Positions 12,763 through 23,855 of a DNA stretch of 64,000 nucleotides are shown one piece after another. Positions within the stretch are counted from its first letter, which is position 1, and each line of letters opens with the position of its first letter. The translations under genes were made by a program, and so were the position numbers. The stretch comes from Octopus sinensis. Taxonomy: Eukaryota. The notes under the pieces are model-generated. The model did no database searches. It worked only from the letters and a program-made list of their open reading frames with translations, and was not told where the DNA came from. The DNA is taken from NCBI RefSeq assembly GCF_006345805.1, contig NC_043010.1:15376001-15440000 (forward strand). The letters are read 5' to 3'.

Positions 12763-13318
12763 GATATATAAATATATACACTTTATATATATACTCATAC
12801 ATCTATGTATACACATCATATATATATATATATTTATATACACACACATATATATATATGTAAATTAACACAATATATCTGATTAATAATATCTGTTATG
12901 ATTGTGCTGTGGTGGTCGGCGATAATAATTCACCGTTCTAAAAGACCTGTGGCGGTAATATTTAAACTTTTGCGGCTGTCGACGCTTTCTCTCTATAGAT
13001 ACAGACAGACGTACAGTGATAGAGGTGGTGGAAGAAAGCGTGACAGAGAGACGGCGAAGCTGTCAAACGTCGTTATAGAGAGAATGTGGAGGGAAGGGAG
13101 GAAGATCGAGGAAGAGAGGAGGAAATCCGAAACGACAAACACTTGTCAAAGTGTGGGTTTTGTTGTCCTAGTAACCACAGCTTTTGAGATATGGGTTTCT
13201 AACCTAGTCCACTCACTCTCTCGCCTCTTTTTACATGTCTGTAAATTTTGGAGCCAATCCCGTTTCAATCCCAAAATGAGATAAACAAACTTTTCGCATT
13301 TCAGCTTTATATATATAT
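12410..13318 (+). mobile_element. Second probable Helentron-like element with internal microsatellites
   Basis: Starts tagacagatatacccggccttgctcggg (hairpin) and ends caaacttttcgcatttcagctttatatata. Confidence 0.35.
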
Positions 13319-13529
13319 AAACGCCATGTTAGATCGTTAGCTCCTACACGCATTTTTTCTCTCCTTGTTTCTCTCCTTGTTTTTTTTTTCTGCATATCTT
13401 TCTGTCGAAGAGCGTAGGCTTGAAACGTAAAATACTTGTTCTATTTCTGTTCCTGAGCGCCATACTAATACATTTGTTGTTTGTACTCCACCTGCCTTCG
13501 TCTTTTGTTTATTTTTGTAAACCTTCCCG

Positions 13530-13594
<65 letters not shown>

Positions 13595-13596
13595 GT

Positions 13597-13782
13597 ACAA
13601 TTTGCAGCGTGGAAGGTGTTTATAAGCCATTTAAGAAACACACAAAAACCGTTAGATTCACTCAACATTTGAATTTAATTTGTCAAAATATTTTCGTCGC
13701 TTTGAGCCCACGACCTGTTTACTGACAAAACTTCGTGCTGCATCTTAAATGGCTTATAAACACCTTCCACGTTGCAATTGCT
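13597..13782. repeat. Fold-back element with ~33-bp inverted arms next to (TA)n
   Basis: gcagcgtggaaggtgtttataagccatttaaga versus tcttaaatggcttataaacaccttccacgttgc (1 mismatch). Confidence 0.85.
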
Positions 13783-13854
13783 TTCGTTCCAGTACACGAT
13801 CTCAGATCAAGTCACTCACTATGCAAGTACACCTCCGTAATATATATTCTTTTA

Positions 13855-14060
13855 TTCTTTTATTCTGTTTCAGTCATTTGACTACGGCCATGGTCGAACA
13901 AATCGACTCCTGGAGTTATTCTTCGTAAACCTAGTACTTTGTCTATCGGTCTCTTTTGCCGAACCACTAATTTACGGATACGTAAACACACCAATCGGAT
14001 GTCAAGCGATAGTATGTGGTGTGTTTGGGACAAACACAGAGACACCAAATACATACATGT
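13855..14060 (-). mobile_element. 3' half of a family A SINE split by the tandem array
   Basis: Runs from the tail to gggacaaacacaga, then (TA)n; continues at 17085. Confidence 0.85.
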
Positions 14061-14094
<34 letters not shown>

Positions 14095-14216
14095 CATTAA
14101 GGAACGGCCATAATAGGCCATTCACCCACTAGAAATAACACCAAGCTTCCTACCGCAAAAAGATTAATAATTAAATTCCGTAAACAGGAGAAAATTAAAA
14201 AAACATTTACCCGTAA

Positions 14217-16739
14217 TTCTTGTACGTATAACCGTTTCAATCCTCTGTTTAATGGCAACTAACCTGATTAATTAAATCAAGCCAATCTTCCATAAGCCCT
14301 CGGATTCTTCAGCAAGAAAATAGCTCAAGACGGACAGATCTTTACACGAGCAAACCCAATCTAGCCAGGCACATCTGACCTAAATTTTCAAATCGTCGCA
14401 CTCGCGCCAAATTTATCGGCAGCAAATAAATATCAGCTCGTCGATTCCATTACGGAATTAACCAAAAATTCATATTAATCAATATAGGGTGGCAAGGAAA
14501 ATTTTTATAGAATTTTATTGCCACCAGCGGCCCAGTGGGAAAAATTAAATAGTCATAGACCATTTTAAGTTCAACATTAACAATTAAGGAACGGCCATAA
14601 TAGGCCATTCACCCACTAAAATAACAGCCAAAGCTTCTACCGCAAAAAGATTAAATCCGTAAACAGGAGAAAATTAAAAAAACATTACCCCTGTAATTTC
14701 TTGTACGGTATAACCGTTTCATCCTCTGTTTAATGGCAAACTAACCTGATTAAATTAATCACCATCTTCCATAAGCCCCTCGATTCTTCAGCAAGAAATA
14801 GCTCAAGACGGGACATATATTTACAAGAGGCAAACCCAATCTAGCCAAGGCATTCGACCTAAATTTTCAAATCGTCGCACTCGCGCCAAATTTATCGGCA
14901 GCACAATAAATATCAGCCGTCGATTCCATTACGGAATTAACCAAAAAATTCATAATTAATCAATATAGGGTGGCAAGGAAAATTTTTATAGAATTTTATT
15001 GCCACCAGCGGCCCAGTGGGAAAAATTAAATAGTCATAGACCATTTTTAAGTTCAACATTAACAATTAAGAACGGCCATAATAGGCCCATTCACCCACTA
15101 GAAATAACAGCCAAAGCTTCTACCGCAAAAGATTAAATCCGTAAACAGGAGAAAATTAAAAAAACATTTACCCTGTAATTCTTGTACGGTATACCGTTTC
15201 ATCCTCTGTTTAATGGCAAACTAACCTGATTAAATTAAATCAAGCCAATCTTCCATAAGCCCTCGGATTCTTCAGCAAGAATAGCTCAGCCTGGACAGAT
15301 ATTTACACGAGCAAACCAATCTAGCCAAGCAATATCTGACCTAAAATTTTCAATCGTCGCACTCGCGCCAAATTTATCGGCAGCAAATAAATATCAGCCG
15401 TCGATTCCATTACGGAATTAACCAAAAAATTCATAATTAATCAATATAGTGGCAGGAAAATTTTTATAGAATTTTATTGCCACCAGCGCGCCCAGTGGGA
15501 AAAATTAAATAGTCATAGACCATTTTTAAGTTCAACATAACAATTAAGAACGGCCATAATAGGCCATTCACCCACTAGAAATAACAGCCAAAGCTTCTTA
15601 CCGCAAAAAGATTAAATCCGTAAACAGGAGAAAATTAAAAAAAATTTACCCCTGTAATTTCTTGTACGGTATACCGTTTCACATCCTCTGTTTAATGGCA
15701 AACTAACCTGATTAAATTAAATCAAGCCAATCTTCAAAGCCCTCGGATTCTTCAGCAAGAAATAGCTCAAGACGGGACAGATATTACACGAGGCAAACCC
15801 AATCTAGCCAAGGCAATCTGACCTAAAATTTTCAAATCGTCGCACTCGCGCCAAATTTTATCGGCAGCAAATAAATATCAGCCGTCGATTCCATAGGAAT
15901 TAACCAAAAAATTCATAATTAATCATATAGGGGGCTGGAAAATTTTTATAGAATTTTATTGCCACCAGCGGCCCAGTGGGAAAAATTAAATAGTCATAGA
16001 CCATTTTTAAGTTCAACATTAACAATTAAGGAACGGCCATAATAGGCCATTCAACCACTAGAAATAACAGCCAAAATTCTTCTTACCGCAAAAAGATTAA
16101 ATCCGTAACAGGAGAAAATTAAAAAAAACATTTACCCTGTAATTCTTGTACGGTATACCGTTTCATCACATCCTCTGTTAATGGCAAACTAACCTGATTA
16201 AATTAAATCAAGCCAATCTTCCATAAGCCCTCGGATTCTTCAGCAAGAAAAAGCTCAGACGGGACAGATATTTACACGAGGCAACCCAATCTAGCCAAGG
16301 CAATATCTGACCTAAAATTTTCAAATCGTCGCACTCGCGCCAAATTTATCGCAGCAAATAAATATCAGCCGTCGATTCCATTACGGAATTAACCAAAAAT
16401 TCATAATTAATCAATATAGGGTGGCAAGGAAAATTTTATAGAATTTTATTGCCACCAAGCGCGCCCAGTGGGAAAAAATTAAATAGTCATAGACCATTTT
16501 TAAGTTTTTAAGTTCAACATTAACAATAAGGAACGGCCATAATAGGCCATTCACCCACTAGAAATAACAGCCAAGCTTCTACCGCAAAAAGATTAAATCC
16601 GTAAACAGGAGAAAATTAAAAAAACATTTACCCTGTGTAATTCTTGTACGGTATACGTTTTCATCCCGTTTTAATGCAAACTAACCTGATTAAATTAATC
16701 AGCCAATCTTCCATAAGCCCTCGGATTCTTCAGCAAGAA
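14217..16739 (-). ncRNA. Other HHR copies of the array (14217-14318, 14698-14797, 15659-15761, 16143-16249, 16641-16739)
   Basis: Same motif with small indels in stems II/III, possibly long-read errors. Confidence 0.7.
15179..15281 (-). ncRNA. Type I hammerhead ribozyme, intact copy (unit 3)
   Basis: Minus strand: UUCUUG CUGAAGA AUCC [60 nt] GGAU GAAA CGG UAUA CCG UA | CAAGAA. Stem I 6 bp, stem II 4 bp, stem III 4 bp, GUA cleavage triplet. Confidence 0.85.
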
Positions 16740-17084
16740 ATAGCTCAGGACGGGGACAGATATTTACACGAGGCAAACCCAATCTAGCCAAGGCAATATC
16801 TGACCTAAAATTTTCAAATCGTCGCACTCGCGCCAAATTTTATATCGGCAGCAAAAAATATCAGCCGTCGATTCCATTACGGAATTAACCAAAAATTCAT
16901 AATTAATCATATAGGGTGGCAAGGAAAATATTTATAGAATTTTATTGCCACCAAGCGGCCGCTGGTGGCAATAAAATCTATAAAAATTTTCCTTGCACCC
17001 TATATTGATTAATTATATATAGATATATATATTATATATATTATATATATATATATATAATAGAAATATGTCATAAAAAGACAC

Positions 17085-17246
17085 ACACACATATGACGAG
17101 CTTCTTTCCGTTTCCGCTTACCAAATTCACTCACAAGGCTTTTGTCGCCCCGAGGCTATATCATAAGTCACTGGGCAAGGTGCCAAGCAGTGGAACTGAA
17201 CCCTGTACCATGTGGTTGGGAAACAAGCTTCTTACCACACAAGCAC
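17085..17246 (-). mobile_element. 5' half (head) of the family A SINE split by the array
   Basis: atgacgagcttctttccgtttcc...cttaccacacaagc is the segment that follows the internal microsatellite in intact copies. Confidence 0.85.
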
Positions 17247-17296
17247 CTCACCGCCTTCCTTACTGGCTCCCTAAAGCCTAACACTCCCTTCGACAG

Positions 17297-17381
17297 GACC
17301 AGCTCCCCCTCGGGAACGGTGCTGCTCGCGGTGAGAACCTCTGCTCTGATGACTCAGCTAAGTTCGCTACCAGAGAGCAAG
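17297..17381 (+). CDS. Possible internal exon (TSSPSGTVLLAVRTSALMTQLSSLPESK)
   Basis: cccttcgacag acceptor, AAG|gtaatg donor, GC-richer unique sequence, open frame in phase with the neighbouring candidates. Confidence 0.45.
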
Positions 17382-17534
17382 GTAATGCCAATTATAAAAA
17401 ATGTCGACTATATGACTGGATTTCAGGTAGTGTATGGCAGCTAGAGACCAACAAAGAAAAATATAGCAACGTACGCCAGAAACAAGTCAACGAACAGTGC
17501 TAGTTGTAGTTATGTTGTAGAGGTAGTTTTCTGT

Positions 17535-18094
17535 GGAGGCGCGTGGCTTAGTGGTTAGGGTGTCAGCATCATGATCGTAACATTGTGGTTTCGATTCCTG
17601 GACCGGGCGACGCGTTGTGTTCTTGAGAAAAACACTTCATTTCACATTGCTCCAGTCCACTCAGCTGGCAAAAACGAGTAACGCTGCGATGGACTGGCGT
17701 CCCGTCCAGCTGGGGAACACATATCCATTGTAACCGATGAGCCTGGCTAGGCCTTAAAAGGGCGCATTTGTGGAGGTACATGGCCTAGTGGTTAGAGCAG
17801 CGGACTCGCGGTCGGGGGATTGTGGGTTCGAATCTCAGACCGGGTGATGTGTGTGTTTATGAGCGAAAACACCCTAAGCTCCACGCGGCTCCGGCAGAAG
17901 GTAATGGCGAAACTGCTGCTGACTCTTTCGCCACAACTTTCTCTCACTCTTTCCTCCTGTATCTTGCAGCTCACCTGCGACGGACCGGCGTCCCGTCCCG
18001 GTGGGGAACCTATACGCCAACGAAACTGGGAAACCGGCCCTTATGAGTCAGGCATGGCTCGAGAAGGAACACTAAACAAAAAACAAAAAAACAA
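17535..18094 (+). mobile_element. Two head-to-tail SINEs (H1+T1 at 17535-17771, H2+T1 at 17772-18094) inside one 16-bp TSD
   Basis: agaggtagttttctgt at 17519-17534 and 18095-18110; two tRNA-like heads. Confidence 0.9.
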
Positions 18095-18116
18095 AGAGGT
18101 AGTTTTCTGTTTCCAG

Positions 18117-18203
18117 GTTAAAATATATCAGAGAGACATGCTAACTAGCGCAGCAGCCAGCAAGTACGACGTTGTTGAGGCGATGTACGCCATGACACTA
18201 TGA
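18117..18203 (+). CDS. Possible terminal coding exon (VKIYQRDMLTSAAASKYDVVEAMYAMTL*)
   Basis: Strong ttttctgtttccag acceptor; phase 0 join to 17381; product not recognised. Confidence 0.4.
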   Translation, partial: VKIYQRDMLTSAAASKYDVVEAMYAMTL

Positions 18204-18414
18204 TAAACCAGCTCCGAACATTCCTTTTCACAAGCCCCATCTTACTCAGAGCCGACGTTATCGGCACGAACTTCACTTCCGGTAACGCATATACTACCAG
18301 CGTTATCTTTATAACCGGAAGTTGTGTACCAATAACCGACATCCGGTTTTTTGCATCGCCGGAGAGAAAGACAGAATGAAAATAGAAGCAGCAGATTTTT
18401 GGTTATTGCAGCCC

Positions 18415-18542
18415 TGGCGGCGGCGGCGGCGGTTGTGCCGGGAGGCGACGGCGACAGCGTCAGTGACGGCAACGGTGGTGGTGGTGGCGGCGGTGGTGGT
18501 GGCGGCGGTGGTGGTGGCGGCGGTGGTGGTGGCGGTGGTGAT
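18415..18542. repeat. (GGC/GGT)n trinucleotide tract
   Basis: Direct reading. Confidence 0.9.
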
Positions 18543-18899
18543 ATGTTATTGCTAGGGTGTGTGTGTGTGTGTGGAGGAGATGCTCTGATTATTATTTGTA
18601 GTTTAAATAGTAATGGCGGTCTTGTTTGTTGTTATTGTAGATAATGGTGACTCTGGAGATGATAGACAGCGAACTGTTGCTGTCCGAGGAGAGGTAATGG
18701 TAGTGAAAAAAGGTGGTGTGGGCAGTAACTATGGAACTACGGATGGTTTTTGTTATTTGTGGTGTAGGCTCGATGAATGCTTTCGAATATCCTCCATTGT
18801 ATGTCTGTGTATTTGTGAGAGTGTGAGATGTGCGTGAGTTGAGTTTTCCTCGTTTTTCTGAGACTTTCACCCACCGTTTACCTTTCCACCCTCTCTCAA

Positions 18900-20302
<1,403 letters not shown>

Positions 20303-21229
20303 GTACCGTTGTATGAATGTTAATGTCACAACAATGCAGGATATTTTTGAGACGGAATTAATTAAAATACGTGTGCAGTTAGACATTTCAATGCAAAATG
20401 ATATTAAATTTAAATTAAATATAACAGAAACAACATACTACACTCGTATGCACAGATAGTAAAATAAATATAGAAAGAAGACTTCAGTCCTTGAGACTTC
20501 AACCGCTTACACTTTATATACAGAAGTTTCATCACCTTCTCAGTGGTGTAGAATGCATCAATCTTTATTCCCTAAGAATTATGAATATGCGTATTTTTCA
20601 AATGTCTGCGGTTGTTCCGTTTGAGCTGCTCCATTTCGATTCTATTATGAAAAATGCACAGCGCTGTGTGGCTTTGTAAATTAGATATGTATGATTTATA
20701 AAACTATTTTTAGCTTGACTGATAATTGTATATGCAACACATGAAATTTGCTGCATATACAGAATTCTCTCATACGAATATTTGTTTAAATATCTGGAAA
20801 TATGTACACGTTTATTGTTATATTTAGGAATGGTCATTTTGCCAGTTTAGCCAATAAAAACACACGCACTATATATTTGGTGTTACTTTGCTTCAGCGTT
20901 ATTTATTTTTAAACATTAATCTTAATCTTATTTCGGCCAGAGTTCTTTCGTCACACTCCTGTGACCGCATCAGTGGTCCTTTGCTTTCTTCTTTCTTATT
21001 TGTGTGTCTCTCCTTACTAAAATATATAATTAGAAAAACCGAGAAAAAGACAAGAAAAAAACAACGCGGAGACGTAGCTCATGTCAAGTAACAAAAAGAC
21101 GCTCAGAGAAGGAAAGACTGGTTGTTTTACGTTTCGAGCATAGCTCTTCTTCGGATACAGGAGACACAGGAAAGTTCAAAAGAAAAAAAGTGTGTGTGTG
21201 TGTGTGGCGGGGGGGAATCGCCAACAGTC

Positions 21230-21261
<32 letters not shown>

Positions 21262-21266
<5 letters not shown>

Positions 21267-21431
21267 TTCGCTTTCATCTTTGACAAGTGATATTTTTACC
21301 TTTCTTTTATTCAATATTTAATATTATACCTATTAAGGTAGAAGTCTTGCTAACCGCCTCATTATTACTGTTTTAACGTAATAAGCTTTCATATAGTTGT
21401 TTATATATATATATATTATAATGTATATATA

Positions 21432-21487
<56 letters not shown>

Positions 21488-21637
21488 ATATATAAACAAC
21501 TATATGAAAGCATTATACTGTTAAAAACAGTAATAATGAGGCGGTTAGCAAGACTTCTACCTTAATAGGTATAATATTAAATATTTGAATAAAAGAAAGG
21601 TAAAAATACCACTTGTCAAAGATGAAAGCGAAACCTT
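21262..21637. repeat. Fold-back with ~140-bp near-identical arms around a (TA)n spacer
   Basis: 21262-21403 is the reverse complement of 21493-21637. Confidence 0.9.
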
Positions 21638-22095
21638 TAAAAACCATCACTCCTACAATTGACGTAGTGAATATTTTGGAAATAGATGTTACTATCTCCA
21701 ACTGAAGATTGCAAAGCATCTTCTCTCATGCACAACATGAAATCAATTGATATTGGGGTATGTAAACTATCTTCAAATTCCATCCTGAAGATAGGCTTTT
21801 TTTTTTAAGTGTTCATTGCGTTTCTCGTCTGCGTACTTATCGTAGGATTGGTGGTTTTTGAAACTTTCGCTTTCGTCTTTGGCGAGCGGTATTTTTTCCC
21901 CTTCTTTTATTCAAATATCATATATTGAATATGCTGAAAGAAAATCTCAAAAATTTTTTTATCTGAGGTACCAGATGAACTAGCATCGCGGCAGCAAACA
22001 CAAAAGCATGAAGGAAAGTCTTTTACATTTCGAGTATACCACTCTTCATCTGAAAGAAGGCAAGACAAAGAGTGAGTATCTATTATTATTATTAC

Positions 22096-22190
<95 letters not shown>

Positions 22191-22212
22191 ATTATTTTAT
22201 TATTATTATTAT

Positions 22213-23090
22213 GGGATTGCTGGTATTAACAAAATTACCGTTGGAACTCTCAGAAATGAACTTTTATTTAGCAGAGACTGGTATTATGAGAACATATAAT
22301 TTGTGAAGACACTTTGTGTTGGAGAAGGCAACTCTAACTATATGAGAATTAATAATTGAATAATATCTAGAATTTTGTGGAAAGTTCTTACCAACCACTT
22401 CACGGAACTGCAAAGGAAGATTAGATTTAATTTGCCTTTCATACGGAATAACAAACCAAATAGTTTTCCTAGTAACAGTCTAATTCTAAGTGGTACTATC
22501 TATAAAGAACGGTGAAATACCTCTAGAGTGAAAAACTGGGCTTAAATAACGCTTGCCTCCCTTACTCTGTAAAGGAATTTTATCATGTTTTATGTTGTTT
22601 TCAATATTAGAATTAAAATCACTCTTCTTATTACAACTAGATGTTTTGTCTTGAATAAAGGAGGAAGGATGAGATTGAGCAGAATCAATGTATGTAACTT
22701 TTCTTTATACCCTGCTTTAACTAAGGCAGAGTTATAAAATTCTGCCTTGTTAAAAATGTCAACATTGGTGGATAGTTTAGACAATCTAACTGAAATGTTT
22801 TTAACTAAATTCTTAGTAATTGCTCTAGGTTGAATACTAGATGGACTAATATACTTGAGATTGGTGGAAGGTTTGTGGTATGGGAAGTATGAGTTATTAT
22901 GCAAATTAAGAGTAATATCTAAGAAGTTAGCTTTAGTTATCTCATCGTCAAAAACGATGTGAAAGCCCATTCTACGAAAAAACCTAACTAACCTATTCTT
23001 AACCTTCTGTATTTTTTGATTGGAAATGTTTTGGAGGTAAAGCAAACAATCATCACGATATAGACTTCCACAGATGTCAGGAAACTGGTC
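22213..23090 (-). pseudogene. PLE reverse transcriptase C-terminal half and linker
   Basis: GSLYRDDCLL catalytic motif at about 23050, ANFLDITLNL, YKEKL, RKTIWFVIPY, VRVAFS; frameshifted. Confidence 0.85.
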
Positions 23091-23100
23091 AATAATAATA

Positions 23101-23151
<51 letters not shown>

Positions 23152-23214
23152 CAATATAGTTTTGGTTTCTGAGGATAACCCCAACAGAATTAAATTTATG
23201 TCAATAATTCTAAG

Positions 23215-23586
23215 ATTAAGAATTCTATATACCAATGTAAAATTTCTTGCGGTACCGATGTTTATTTCTATATTGGTGCATCCTCTTCCCAGTTATCTAA
23301 GAGAATTTCCAATCATTATTCTTCATTTAGGGATAGCAGTAAACGTCATAGCACAGGGCTAAGTAAATTGGTTTGATATCTTAAAGACAACAATAAGGAT
23401 TTTAAGTTAGATTGGTTCATCCCGTCCATCTCTTTCCCTTATGACAAGGACAAAAGATTTTGTAACATTTGCAATTCTGAACCCTTTCATTTTCTCTTCT
23501 CTAAGAATCACCTTGTTAACACACTTATAGAGCGATCTTATAAATGTAAGCACTGGCAGAAACATACCTTTAGCTCATATAAGTGA
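23215..23586 (+). pseudogene. PLE GIY-YIG endonuclease domain with one in-frame stop
   Basis: Manual translation: KNSIYQCKIS...YFYIGASS...KRISNH...LSKLV*YLK...FCNICNSE...KCKH; TGA at 23374 where Trp is expected. Confidence 0.85.
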
Positions 23587-23855
23587 TTTTGCCAGTCTTT
23601 ATAGTTTGAACAGTTATTTTAACTTGCACTTTATTTCAATAGAGAAATCTGCTTCAAAGCCTTTGAACATTTTTTCAACCAACGTATCCCTCTTTATTTG
23701 TTCTCTACTTATTATTTCTTTAACCCTTCTCTTTCTAGTAACTGCCTTTGACGTCGAATCTACTAACGGTTTAAAAAAAAATTATTAATAACGTTCTGTT
23801 TATCATTTATGCAGTCATCGTAATTGTTATAATGTCTTGTTATTGAGATAGACTC

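Larger units (their letters stand above)
14093..17016 (-). mobile_element. Tandem array of ~481-bp hammerhead-containing units (about 5.9 copies), retrozyme-like, with terminal fold-back
   Basis: ggaacggccataatagg recurs at about 14101, 14588, 15069, 15547, 16030 and 16530; no ORF of 60 aa or more in the track; one HHR per unit; (TA)n on both flanks. Confidence 0.8.

Noticed and set aside
16955-16962. NotI site as a cloning adapter
   Set aside because: Explained by fold-back at the unit's own gcgg; no adapter or vector sequence
17535-17620. tRNA genes at SINE heads (also 17772, 49215, 51287)
   Set aside because: A/B boxes present but no full cloverleaf; they continue into SINE bodies
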